A stretch of 64,000 bases of DNA, taken from Octopus bimaculoides. Lineage: Eukaryota. Under the pieces are notes generated by a model. It searched no databases, was not told the origin of the DNA, and saw only the letters and a program-made list of their open reading frames with translations. Made by a program: the position numbers and the translations under genes. Positions 39,466-53,301 of this stretch are shown here, in pieces (position 1 is the first letter of the stretch; every line of letters starts with the position of its first letter). Where the stretch lies: assembly GCF_001194135.2 (NCBI RefSeq), contig NC_068988.1:96219416-96283415 (forward strand). Direction: 5' to 3'.

Positions 39466-39511
<46 letters not shown>

Positions 39512-40301
39512 CCACCCACCCACACACACTGTTATTTAGGTCACAAATGCTTTAAAAAAAATGTTTTTGCCTGTTTATCACTCTCATCTCCACTCAACCG
39601 AGAGAGAGAGTGAGATTTATTGAACCTAGTATTGAACTCACACCCATCAGGTAGAGTTGTGTGACACTATTCTCTGAATAGCAAAATTTCTACCTTATTT
39701 ACATCTGTGTTGATTGAATGAAGGTGTGTTACATTCCTCTCTCGCTGTTATTAGAATAACTGACGTGAAACCCCTCATTCTTATGATATGCTTTTGTTTG
39801 TAGACAAATTAAAACTGTTGATGAAATCTGTGTGGGACAACCCAAGTGCTGTGTCCTGGATCTGTTAGCGATTATGTTATTTATTTAGAATTTCATATAT
39901 TCTGGTGCATTAATTGTTTCTTAGTTATGATGGGGCAGCATCTAGGGTTCTAAGTCAGTTCTATCAACCCCACTGTGCCTGGGACTTATGGAAGGGTTAT
40001 GTTTATCTTGAATTCTATCCATTTTAAGGATATAAATACCTCAAAGAATTGATACCAATCTACACCAGTATACGCAGACGCTCGTATATAATCATCATCA
40101 TCATCACATTGCAAGGGTCAGACAGAATTTGCTGAAGCAGATTTTCTACAGCTGGACGCCCTTCCTGTCTTCAGCCCTCATCTGTTGCTAAGCAACGTAA
40201 TATCTCCATGGTTTGATATTTTGTGGTGGAAGACTGGAAACAAACATCACTTGTATGGTGGTGATGCTTGTTTACAACCGTGACATGATGTCAAGACAAG
40301 G

Positions 40302-40340
<39 letters not shown>

Positions 40341-41008
40341 GGGCTTTTTCCAGTTTCTGTCTACCAAATCTGCTCACAAGGTTTTGGTCATTCTGGAGCT
40401 ATCAATGTAGACACTTATCAAAGGTGCCACACAGTATGATTGAACTCAAGACACCATGGGTAGAAAGCAAGTTTCTTAATCACAGCTACTTGTTTCTTTT
40501 AAAAATATGATGTTCTCATTGTTAAATATTGGGTAAAGTTTGTAATTATTTTTGTTGTTGTTTCCAGGTGAAGTCTTACGCGGTGATCGGATTACTAATA
40601 CGCCCTATGAAGTAAGGAAATGTTCTTTTCTTCTTGTCTCACTTTCAGCTGATTGACTTCAAACATTTGGCAGGGTTATTCTGTTTCTAACGACTCAAAG
40701 ACACTGTTATAAAATCCAAAAATGTAGAGTCTTATAAGCTCTTGGTTCACAATCATTTGTTCTACTCTGACTTGCACCCCCTCCCCAAACTCGTCTGTTT
40801 TTCTCTGAAATTATTCCGTTACTAATTAATGTTGGGAAGAATTTGGTAAAAAAAAACTTTAGAGTATTTTGTTTTTCTGTTGCTTTGAGTGATGGGGGGA
40901 CACTTGGTCTTATTTGTTGAAGCCTCTTCTAGACTGGTGAGGTTGTTGATATTCAGACCAATGCTATGTGAATGAAATTTGGTAAACATAGACATTGTGG
41001 AACCCTGT

Positions 41009-41070
<62 letters not shown>

Positions 41071-44000
41071 GGGGTTTGTATCATAGTGTATATATATATA
41101 TATTATTTAAAAGAGTTCCAACTCTGATTTTTTAATGTTTTATTTGTATTCTTATAAAATTAATGTGGGATATAGAATATGGAATAATATAATATAAATA
41201 GTAAAATGAAATGAAGTATTGAATGTCTTATTGAATATATGAAATATTGAGTATTAAATATATATATAGGGGTTAGTATACTTTCCTGCTTCATAGCAGT
41301 CATCAATGGACAGAATCGGCAGCTGCTTCTTCTATTTCTACAAATATTGTTCATTACTTCTTTACCAAGATTCTAGCAGAGATAATGTTTAACTTCTTGC
41401 TGTAGCAGGAATATGGTGTGACAGCGAGATTGTCTCTAATTTCTTTGGATTCCATCGTTTTTATTGTAAATGAAATAATTTCAACTTCTTTTCAAATCCT
41501 TTATAACAACAGTTGACTTAAATGCTATTTTTTTGTTTTTGTTCTCAATTTTTAGGTTGCTATGGCTGAAAGTAAAAGCTGTGAAATTCTTTGCCATAAT
41601 GATAAAGCTGTTACTATGACAATAGAGGATAGTAAACTCATGGCAGAAAGGATCAGGCATGCATATTATGTCCATTTGTAAGTAAAAACTGAATCCCTAC
41701 TACTGTTGTTGTTGTTGTTGTTGTTGTTATAGTGTTGTTAATGAAACTGGCAGAGTGGTTCCTGTGCCAGGAAAATGCTCTGCAGCGTTTTGTCTGTCTT
41801 TATGATCCGAGTTCAGATTCTGCCGAAGCTGACTTTAACGTCCATTCTTTTGGGGTTGATAAAATAAGTGCCAGTTAAATACTGGGGGTTGGGGGGTGTT
41901 GATGTAATTGACTTCCCCTTCCCCCAAAATTGTTGGCCTTGTGCAAAAACTTTACCTCGTCCTCATCATCATCATCATCATCATCGTCAGTGTCGGGGTT
42001 GGACAGTTCAGCAAGAACTGGTAAGCTTGAGGGCTGTGCTAAACTTCCAATGCCTGCTGCTTTGGTATGGCTTCTGTGGCTGGATGCCCTTCCTAATGTC
42101 AACCAATTTACAGTACTGGATGCTTTCTACGTGTTACTCAGTGACCAGTGAGGTCATCAAGTAACTTGCAAGACAACCCCCCCCCCCACCTCCAACCGAA
42201 TGGATGATAGTATCATCATCCTCATCATCGTTATTATTAATAATCTTCCTTTATAATAAAACGCAAAGTGTTTGCTTGTCAGCCATACTGTAACTGTAGG
42301 CAAAGAAGAGTAAAACAACAGGCAGAGTGGGAGTGTGTGGCAGTGAGAGATGCTGAAGCAGGCGGACAACGTTGTAAATGAGTGTCACTGTTCACACAAG
42401 CAGTGTTGTTCATGTCCAATCTCCTGTTGAAAATGTCTGGCCATGGAGAAGTATTACAGTGTTTGGAAATAGGCGAGGGTTGGTGACAGGAAAGGCATCC
42501 AGCCATAGAAAAATCTGCCTTAAATAAACTCTGTCCAACCCATGCAAGCAGGGAAAAGAGGATGCTAGAAGATGATGATGATGATGATGGAAGCCTAAAA
42601 TTAAAAAAAAAACCTCAAAAAATATAAGAGGATGTAGTGGCTTAGATCAGGTTAAGAATTATTTCTGTTCAAACAAGCTGAGAGAAGAATGTTGGTGTTG
42701 AGTCATTCATTCATCTGTTTCATTTGTTTATATATTTCTAGGTTGGTTGATAATTTACCGTGTGCTACTAGATTTGAAATGTTAGGGACTCGAGAAATAC
42801 AATATGAACATGGATATAAGCTAGGTTTTGTCAAAAATAATGAGGTAAGTAGAAAACGCACCTATTCAAAGATCTTTTTTTTACATTTTATGAACCAGTG
42901 TCTTAAATTTAAATATATTTTCAATGCATTTATTTTGAAACAGTGTCTGATATATTATGTTTTTGTGTCTTGGTTAATTTTATGATAAAAGTCCTCAAAA
43001 TTTCTTATTTGCTAAACCCCCCCCCCATCAGATTTATGCTACCTTTTCTCTTCTCTGTCATGATTGATAGTTTTTTTCATTCCGTTACTGGTTTCAATCA
43101 TTGGACTGGGGCCATACTGATGCCTTCAATTCCTATAAAGAGATGTGACTAGAATGTCGAAGGGCATCACCAAATAATATAAGGGGCTTTTGTTAAATGC
43201 CATGCTGATTCTACCACCCTTCACCTATATCCATCATCATTATCTTTGGGTATTGGGACTTTTAAGAGATTTAGTGATAATGTCAGAATGCAAAGCAGAT
43301 GTTTAAAAAATCCAAACTGAATGCAGTATTGTTTGAGTTATGGCATGAAAGTAACTATTCAATTGGTGCAGTATAAAGTTGCTTAAGCTTGTAAAAGAAG
43401 TGGAAGAAGTATTTCTAATGTCTTGGACAGTCTTTCTATGGAGAGAGAGGAATAAGTATGGATTTGTCTTTGTTCCGTGGGAATTATATAGTCAAGGAAA
43501 TGGCAGGAACTTAGCTATTGGGCATGGATGGGAGGGAAGGAACTTAGGAGAGAAAAGTGGTGTGAGATAGAGATGGGGGAAGTTGGGAGGAGACGATAAG
43601 GGTGGAGGAAGAATAAAAGGTGAGAAAGATGAAGAAGAAAGCTGAAGAGGATTGGTAATTTTAAGGCAAGGAGGATATTAAAAAAGATTTTTGTTGGTTA
43701 TCTATGCAACAGAGGCAAGAAGTTTGTCAATATCATTCTTCACATGGAACCAGGATGCTGGCAATTGTTCACACAAATTACTCTCAAGAGTTTGTTCTTC
43801 ATTGTATTAAGGAATAGGGTTTGCCAATGAGTTTGAGGTTGTTTGCTTTGCTTTCAACTTTTCTTTCAGAGAAAAAGAAAACCACACCACATTTTAGTAG
43901 GCTTACCAGACTTGTTTTACAAAATATTCATAATACAGACTGCTTGTGTACCTCTTCTAAATATTTTGCATGCTGTTTAGATATAATACTGTGATTGGGC

Positions 44001-47000
44001 TTCCTGCACCATACAAGGAAGGAATTTTTACCTATTATTATTATTTAAGATGTTTTTCTTTTTCTACAGGCTTTCATCAACAATCATCTTAAAATCATCT
44101 TGAAATATCATACTGAAGACAAGTAAGTTATTTTAGTTGGTTTAAGAATGGTTTTTATTCTTGTCTTTGAGTTTGTCAGAAATATTTATCTTAACAGGTT
44201 CATTTTAAATGACACAAATGACAAGTCTTCATTCTTATGAATGTAGAAATTATTTCAACAGGTCTTAGCAATAACTGGATAACAGAAAATCGTGATTGGA
44301 CACAATAGATATTATCTTTGTAATCTCAGTAACTTATTTTTGAAGATTTAAATATATTCTTGTTTGAATCAGTTTTAATTTTGAGTGACCGTTTCTTTTT
44401 CTTGAGATTTTATTTTGTTACGGTTATTTCTACAGATATTCTGTAGAAATTATGACTGATTTTTTGCTATAACATTTTGTATCAAGATGTCAGATGTATC
44501 ACAGACAATGTGACAAAAATAGGTAAAACGTGTATACGCCATATTTTGGAGGTTTTCTAGTGATTTTACGAATCCAATATTTGTGGTGAACAGACGTAAA
44601 GTCGAGTAAAATGACTTAACTTCATTTTTATTTTTCCATATATTATTTTTGAAAACTAATGTCTAATCGAAACAATTTAAGCTGAGGTATACCTGTATGT
44701 ATATATATATGTCAGTGTGTGTGTGTTCTCATAAAAAAAAAAGCTATGTATTTTTTAACATTCATCCATCAATTCTCCTTTTGTTTACCCAGTGCCAAAT
44801 ACCGAGTAGTTGGTTTTGAAGTGGAAGCTCAAAGGTAAATTTATTTCTCATTCTTTGAAGTTTCTTGGTCTAAACGTACCCTGATTAAAGCACAATAATT
44901 TAACTTTATAAGCTCAGAAAGAGGTTTCCTTCAACCTTTCAATGTTATAAACTACCATTGTTTTAACTGGAAGGAAAATAAATTTTCACAGATTAGAATG
45001 AAAATAATGCAGGCACTATCATGGTTTTGTGGGAAGATGTTTGACTGCATGGCACCTTGGGCAAGAGTCTTTTACGATAGCCTCGGACTGACCAAATCCT
45101 TGTGAGTGGGTTTGGCAGATAAAAGCTGATGATGCTAATATGATATGATTTCTCTCTTTGGCAACTAAAGTTTCTGAGAGGAATGTTGTCAAATTCTTGT
45201 ATAAAAGAATGTCTTACTTTTCACCTGTGTGTGTAGGTGGGTGTGGGGATTGTGGTGACTCTACTTGTGCCTTAAATCTTTTAGATTTGTACAAATATAA
45301 GAAGAAAGAAATTGTGGTGGATTGGTAGAACCTTTCAAGTGGTTTGTGTTCTAATTTTCTGTGTTCACAGTTCAAATCTTGGTGAGGCCAATGTTTGCCT
45401 ATTGCCCTTATAGGGGTCATCATTTAATGTCCATTTTCCATGCTGGCATGCATTGAATGGCTTGATAGGGGCTGGCAAGGCCAGGGTTTACACTGGGTTC
45501 AAAGTCTGTTTTGGCTTGGGTTCTTATGGCTGGATGTCCTTTCTTATGCCAACCACTTTACAGAATGTTCTGGGTGCTTTTTACGAGGAACCAGCACCAG
45601 CACATTTTCTGTGGCACCATGGTTTTAGGATATCATTTCTGTTGTGGTGGTCAAGTCTTCTTGAGTACAGCAGTGCACCACATTTTCTGACCCTTTGCCA
45701 TCTCCTTCGTAAGGGGTTGATAAAAATAAATTAGCTGTCAGTGTACTCGAGTAACCCCTTCCCTTCAGAATTGTTGACTTTGTTCCTAAATTAAGAAATA
45801 ATTATTTGCAAACGAATTGCTGTTGTTCATTTGGAAATTAATTCTGTCACTTTTGTTTGTTTGTTATTGTTTAGTATTGATTTCTCCGAACTTACAGTCC
45901 AAGGTAAAAAATGCACTGTCAAAAGTAAAGAACCAAAACCACAAAAAATAAACGAGAAAGGTAAATATTTTGCAACTTTGGAATATTTTCTTTAGCATTC
46001 TTTGTTGTTATTGTTTTGCTTTTCTTGTTTTCGCCAAAATTTATATTTCAAATTTTAGATTTATTGGGCACAAATGTGGTTGTGTGGTAGAGAAGTTTGA
46101 TTCCTGACTGCAATTTTGGGTTTAGTCCCATTGCATGGCACCTTGAGCAAGTGTCTTCTACTGTAGTTCCAGGTTGGCTAATGCCTTGTGAGTGCATTTG
46201 GTAGATGGAAACTGAAAGAGGTCTGTTGTGTGTGTGTGTGTGTGTGTGTGTGTGTCACATTAAAATTCCATCCACCCCATATCAGCATGGAAAGCAGTTG
46301 TTAAATGATGATCACACACACACCTATTTCTTAATTGCCCACAGGGGACAAACAATATATATATATCTGTAAGGGAATGGGATCAGAGGCAGGCAAATTG
46401 AGCAGATTTTGGTGAGGGTGTTGATAGCTTATTGTTTTAGAGGAGTTTAGAGAACTATTGTTGCAATGGTAGGTGGGAGAGAAACGGAGAAGATACAGCA
46501 TTATGATCATCATCTCCATTTTCATGCTTGTATGAGTTATATAAAGTTTATTGAGGCAGACATGTTTCTCACAAAATACTTGAGAAGATGTGTCAAGCCA
46601 AGTAAAACCGCTGCCATCTAAACATACAGGTTTCTCCTTTCCCGGTGCTGGTGCCACTGAAATGCACTCGTGCCAGTGCTGTGTAAACGCATCCATGTCA
46701 GTGACACATAAACAGCACCCAGCACACTCTCTGAAGTGGTTGGCGTCAGGAGGGGCATCCGATTGTAGAAACCATGCCACAACAGACGCTAAGAGTCTGG
46801 ACAGCTCCCTGGCAGGCCTGCTTCTCTCAAACCGTCCAACCCATGCCAGCATGGAAAAACGGACGTTTGATGATGATGATGGTGATGATTGGAAATGAAA
46901 AATATTACCACAAATATGTGATGTGAAGACAAGCCTGTTGGAAGGATCATGGTTTTAGTGTGTTGGGGAGTGAAAGTTTGCTAATCCATTGGATGCTAAT

Positions 47001-50000
47001 CAAGTTGGATGTGCTATAAAATGCTTGTGTGTGGACGTGTGTCTCATGGCTGCCTTACCTCAGGTTTGTAAGCAGTATTATGTGGGATTCACTTGTCCCT
47101 TATTGGGGTCCACATTCATCCAATACTGAATTATTTTCCGGTTTAAAGAAGGACATAGCCTTTCAGATGAAATTTTGGCTTTTTATTGCTATATGGTTGC
47201 CATAAAAAGTCTTCAGAAATTGTTAGGTTTAGCATTCTTGAATTGTGGCTGTTTTAGTGTTGTTACTGAAGAAGACAGCTACAGTGTTGTGGTGGTGACT
47301 ATTTTGTCACGGTTGGTATTATTGGGGTATGTTTCTATGGTCTCTGTTCATGGAAGTAATGCATGCTGGGAAGATGTCTAGCTAGTGAGTGGGTGAATGA
47401 CTGTTGGAAAGACTATTGAGGACTGAAGCATGTAACTAGATGCCATAAGACATGTAACTAGATGCTTTAAGACAGGTGAGTGGGTGCCATAAGACATGTA
47501 GCTAGATGCTTGAAAGTATTCTATTCTGTGGTCTACCATTTTGTTATTCATTATACTAAAATGAATTTATTTTTTTCTTCTTAGGAGAAACAAAAGTGAT
47601 TTTCTCATATTCTGTGGATTGGCAGAGCAGCCATATTCAGTGGGCTTCCAGATGGGATACGTATTTGGCCATGAGTGATGTACAGATCCATTGGTTTTCT
47701 ATCATAAATTCAGTTGTTGTCGTCTTCTTCTTATCAGGTAAGCACAATAGCAATTATTCAACACGTTTGAATCCGTTGAGTATTTTAATAAAACCAGTGA
47801 CTATTGCCATCTTACTTTTAGCTGCAAAGCCTGCAAATAACTCAATGGTTTGTGTTAAAACTGTCCTAAAGCTTTCGCATCACATTATTCATTTTCATCT
47901 TTTACATTGACTTGTTTAAGAAATTAACACCCTTTTCTTTCTTGCTACTAAATATCCTCTAAGTATGGCATAGATCAGATTTAATTTTTATCAAATACTT
48001 TATTGGTCACAACAACATATGCCTCCTTCCCCATGCCTGTAAATTAATTAAACCCTTAAGCATTCAAACCGGCCAGATCTGGCCTCTCACACCTACCCTA
48101 TCATGTCATTCTAAAAATAAACAATCACACCATCGAAATCACTAAATTACAATATAATGCATGATTAATTCAAAACAATATAAACAAACAAACATTACAT
48201 TTGACAGATTAATCTGAATACCAAAAGGGTGAACCATAGTGTTATATAGTTATGTTTCATACTTAAAGTATATACACCATTGTTAGGCTTGTTACTGCTG
48301 TATTTGTCCTGAGATAACATCACTTATGGGATGTGCTGCATTAAAAATGCAATAGTGTTATATATAACAATATAGCATGGAAAGCGGACGTTAAACGATG
48401 ATGATGATGATGATAACTTTGACTGCAGATGTTGGTATTATGCTGTGATAAGCAAATGTTATATAAAGATTTTGTTTTTCCTAGTTTATATCCATTTTCC
48501 ATTACTTAATATATAAGTGAAATCAAAATGGCTGGTGACAGTACCACCTGACTGGCACCCTTGCCAGTGGAACGTTAAAAGCACCATCTGAGCGTGATTG
48601 TTGCCAGGGCTGCTGACTGGCTCCCATGCCGGTGGCACATAAAAAGCACCATTCGAGTGTGATCATTGCCAGCATCACCTAAGTGGCACATGTGCTGGTG
48701 ACTCGTGAAGAACAATGTTTGAGCGTGGTCGTTGCCAGTGCTGCTGGACTGACTTCCATACAAGTGACACGTAAAAAACACCTTTTGAGCATGGTCGTTG
48801 CCAGTACCGCCTGACTAGCCCTCATGCCGGTGGCACATAAAAGCACCCACTACACTCTCTGAGTGGTTGGCATTAGGAGGGGCATCCAGTTGTAGAAACT
48901 TTGCCAGTTCAGGATTGGAGCCTGGTGCAGCGTTCTGGCTCACTAGTCCTCAGTCCAACCATCCAACCCATGCCAGCATGGAAAGCGGATGTTAAACGAC
49001 GATGATGATGCTGATATATAATTAGGATAATTTTCTGTATCTGAACAGTTGTTTTTTTACAATGGGACACTAATCCCACTGTTAACGACTCATCCGTGAT
49101 GTAAAGGACAGAACCTGCTTTGTTTTAGTAGTCATGTGAAATGGTCGAAGCAGTTGAGTGCCTTGCTCAAGGGTGCAAAATACAATGGTTGTACTAAGGT
49201 TTGAACCTGTCATCATATGGTCAGAACTTCTTGTTATTGTTCAATTTTTTCATATTAAAAGAAAATAAATTCTTTGTTTATTTTTAGAAGTATTTAATTT
49301 CTTCTCTGAGCATTGAAGTAACTTCTTAAAATATGCCAAGTTCCTGCCAGAAACCCTTTTTTTTTTTTTTTTTTTTTTCNNNNNNNNNNNNNNNNNNNNN
49401 NNNNNNNNNNNTTTTTTTTTTTTTTTTGCAATAGGAATTCTCACAATGATAATGGTCCGTTCATTGCGCCGAGACATTGCAAGATATAACAAAGATGAAG
49501 ACATCGTAAGAGATATTCCTCATTATTTAAGATGCTTAGTGACATTTCTTTCAGTTTTATTCAAATAACTCTGAAGTCAACTTTGCCTTTAATCCTTTGG
49601 GGGGGGGGGGGCTCAGTGTAATAAAATACCAGTCAAATACTGGGGTTGATGTAATCAACTTGCCCTCTCTCTTCAAAATTACTGGTCTTCTGCCAAAATT
49701 TGAAACCATTACCATAACGATTAAGGCAGCCAGCTTGCAGGGTCGTTAACACACTGGATAAAATGCTTAGTGGCATTCTGAGTTCAAATCCTGCCAAAGT
49801 TGACTTTGCTTTTCGTCCTTCCAGAGTTGATGAAATAAGTATCACTTGAGCCCTGGGATCAAAGAAATCAGCTGTCCCCTTCTCCACAAAATTGCTGGCC
49901 TTGTCTATATAGTAGAAAGGATTATTATTATTGTTGTTGTTGTTGTTGTTGATGGTGATAAAGGTGCTGATAGACAAAAATGGTTCAAGTGTCAGCTCTC

Positions 50001-53000
50001 TTTACATTCTGAGTTCAAATCCTGCTGACCTCAGCTTTGTCTTTCAACCCTTCCAGTCAAATACTGGGGTCGATATTTTGGTATTGTACCTCCTTAGCAA
50101 TTGAATGAAATAATTAAAAATGACTTTCAAACAATTTAATTCTGATAGAAATCATAACCTTTTAAAAGACCCTTTTATTTATTATATTCACTTTTGTTTT
50201 ATTTTGGAGAGAATTTTGTAATATAAAATGTTTGAAGAACTTCATCAAGCATCTATGACAAGATCACAGGCACCATTCTGCTGTATGCATAACTCTTTCA
50301 TGATGTAATTGTTTTATATATATGTATATATACACACATATATAAAGCATAACAAGTGAGGAGATATGAAAGGTGAATGTATTTCTTAACCCCATAACTT
50401 TCTTAGGATTAGGGCTGTTTTGCAGCCTTCTTCATGGAATGATAATGTCAGTCTACAATAAATGTGTGTCTCCTTGTTTTGTCATTGCGTGTTTGTCGTA
50501 AATGCGTCCATACGTGCAGTGTTGTTCATTTTCAATATTTTGTTGAAAACACATCTGATGGTTTCCTGTTTATGTCTCAAGTTCAATTCTCACCCTGTTC
50601 AACTTTGTTTTTCATTCTCCTGGAGGGTCATTAAAATATGTACCAGTTATGCATTCAGGTTGATTCAGTCAGCGATAACAGCGATACTGATAAATAAGAA
50701 ATTATTCTAATTATCATCAACGTTGTGGTTTTTTCCCAATTAAGATTAATTGTAAAAGTTTTCTCTTGAAATACTTTGATATGGTGTAGTCTTATAATTT
50801 TGTTAAAATTAATTCTGTTCCAGGAAGAGACACTTGAAGAAACAGGCTGGAAATTGGTTCATGGTGATATATTTCGTCCTCCCCGCCATCCTAAGTTGTT
50901 GGCTTCTTTAATTGGTGCTGGAAACCAAATATTTTGTATGTCACTGATCATTATATGTGAGTAGTATTTTGCATCATCAGCTGTCTGTTATACTAAAATG
51001 ATGGAATGTTCCAAGAGGTCTCTCTACTTTAATTGAACTTTGAGCAGATTGACAGTTGTAATTAATCTGAGGGAGAAAATTACTGTTTTTAAATCTCACA
51101 TCAAGAGATATTCAGCAACAGTAAAGGTTGTTTGCCAACATAACATGGCAGTCCTGGTTTAGGACGAATGTTGCTGTAATTTAGCCCCAGGAGACATTGT
51201 CTCTAGCTGGCTATATGACAGATCGTAAGGACACAGATCATGTCGTATAGCCAGCTGGAGACGCTGTCTCCTGGGGCTGAATTACAGCGATATTCATCCT
51301 AAACCAGGACTGCCATGTTATGTTGGCAAACAATCTTTAATCTGAGGGAATTAAGAAAACAAATGTCTTGTGTCATTAACCTTGTGGCCTGACAAATGAT
51401 AGATTGGTGGTTCAAGTTCTGTCTGTCAATATGTTGCTCTTTTTTTCATGCAAAATTGAGAATTTTATATAGTGATTCATAGTAAAATATGAAATATTTA
51501 TTTATACATAAAAATAGGGGTGGGGGGCAGTAACCCAAAAAGTTTGAGAATATCTGACGTAAACGAATACAAGTAGAAGTATAATCCATAACCAATGTCT
51601 CATTTTGTTATTTTTTCTTGTAGTTTTTGCAATGCTTGGTATGTTATCTCCAGCCTCACGAGGAGCTCTGATGACAGCTGCCATTTTCCTTTTTGTCTTC
51701 CTTGGGTAAGTTTGCTGTTCTATTTCAGGCTTTGTACCTAGAGTAGAAAAGAATATTTCTTGGTATATTTTGATGTTTCTAATTACTGGACGTTAAATGA
51801 TGATGATGATGATGATGATGATAATCCTCAGAAGCTCTTCAATTCTTAGATGGTTCCATTGCTTCTTTTTCGTCTCCAGCCCCTTGTATATCATTTGTAA
51901 TGGCCAAGTTATTTTTTTATGCTTTTACTTATTTCTGTCATTTGACTGCGGCCATACTGGAGCACCGCCTTTAGTCGAACAAATCAGCCTCTGTGCTGGT
52001 GGCATGTAAAATGCACCATCCAAACATGGTCGATGCCAGGTCCGCCTGACTGGCTCCCATACTGGTGGCACGTAAAAAGCACCAAATGAACATGGCCGAT
52101 GCCAGTACTCCCAGCCTGGCTCCCATGCCGGTGGCATCTGAATGTTATCGATGGCAGGCCCACCTGACTGGCTCCTGCACTGATGGCATGTAAAAAGCAC
52201 GCACTACACTCTTGAAGTGGTTGGCGTTATGAAGGGCATCCAACTGTAGAAACATTGCCAAATCAGATTGGACCATCGTGCATCCTCTGGCTCTCCTGAC
52301 CTGTCAAACCGTCCAACCCATACCAGCATGGAAAATAGACGTTAAATGATGATGATGATTATGACGACGATGATGATGATGATGATGATATACATGCATA
52401 TACAGGGGGTGCAAAAGTAGGTATACAGTTATGAAAAAAGAAAACACGTGCAATACTCATTTTATTTTTATCTAAAAAAATTAAAAGTTACAATAAAATT
52501 ATTATTATAGTTATGATAAATGTATCATTATGATTAATGACACTGAAGATATCCTAAATGAGGCTAATTAATTTAATGTGTTAATAATTTTAATGAATTA
52601 AGTATTATAACATTGATGTGGTACTTTCTGTATACCTACTTTTGCACCCCCCCCCTGCTGTGTATATCTCCCCTAGCTATAGATGTTATTATATTCAGGA
52701 TTAATGCATTCTCAGTTTCACTATCATAAACATGTTCTTCTTCAGGTTAATTGCTGGCTATTTTTCGGCTCGGCTCTATAAAACCATGAAAGGTAACCAG
52801 TGGAAAAAAGCAGCATTTCAGGTATTGTTGGCTTTTTTTTTTGTTTTTTATTTGAAAACTTGTGTGGAAAAGGTTAAATGTTTTTAATATTAATTAATGA
52901 TAAGATTGCTGGCTCGTTAGCATAGTGGGCAAAATGTTTTGTGGCATTTTGTCTGTCCTTGGTGTTCTGAGTTCAAATTTCACTGATGTCGGCTTTGCCT

Positions 53001-53237
53001 TTCATCTTTCCAGAATCAATAAAATAAGCATCAATCAAATACTTGGTTTGATGCAATTGACCCCCCCCCCCCCAACCTGCTAAAAAGTTGCTGGCCTTGT
53101 GCCAAATTTGGAACCAATATTAACTGGTGCATTGACAGAATTAGTTTGACTGTGGTGCCCTGCAGTTTTTATGTTCTCAGTTTCAAACCCTACCAAAGCA
53201 AGCTTCACCTTTCTAGTGTTGATCAGATAGGTACCAG

Positions 53238-53301
<64 letters not shown>

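Noticed and set aside
47425-47512. About 21-bp imperfect tandem repeat (CATGTAACTAGATGC...)
   Set aside because: Short local slippage with no spacers or associated genes.
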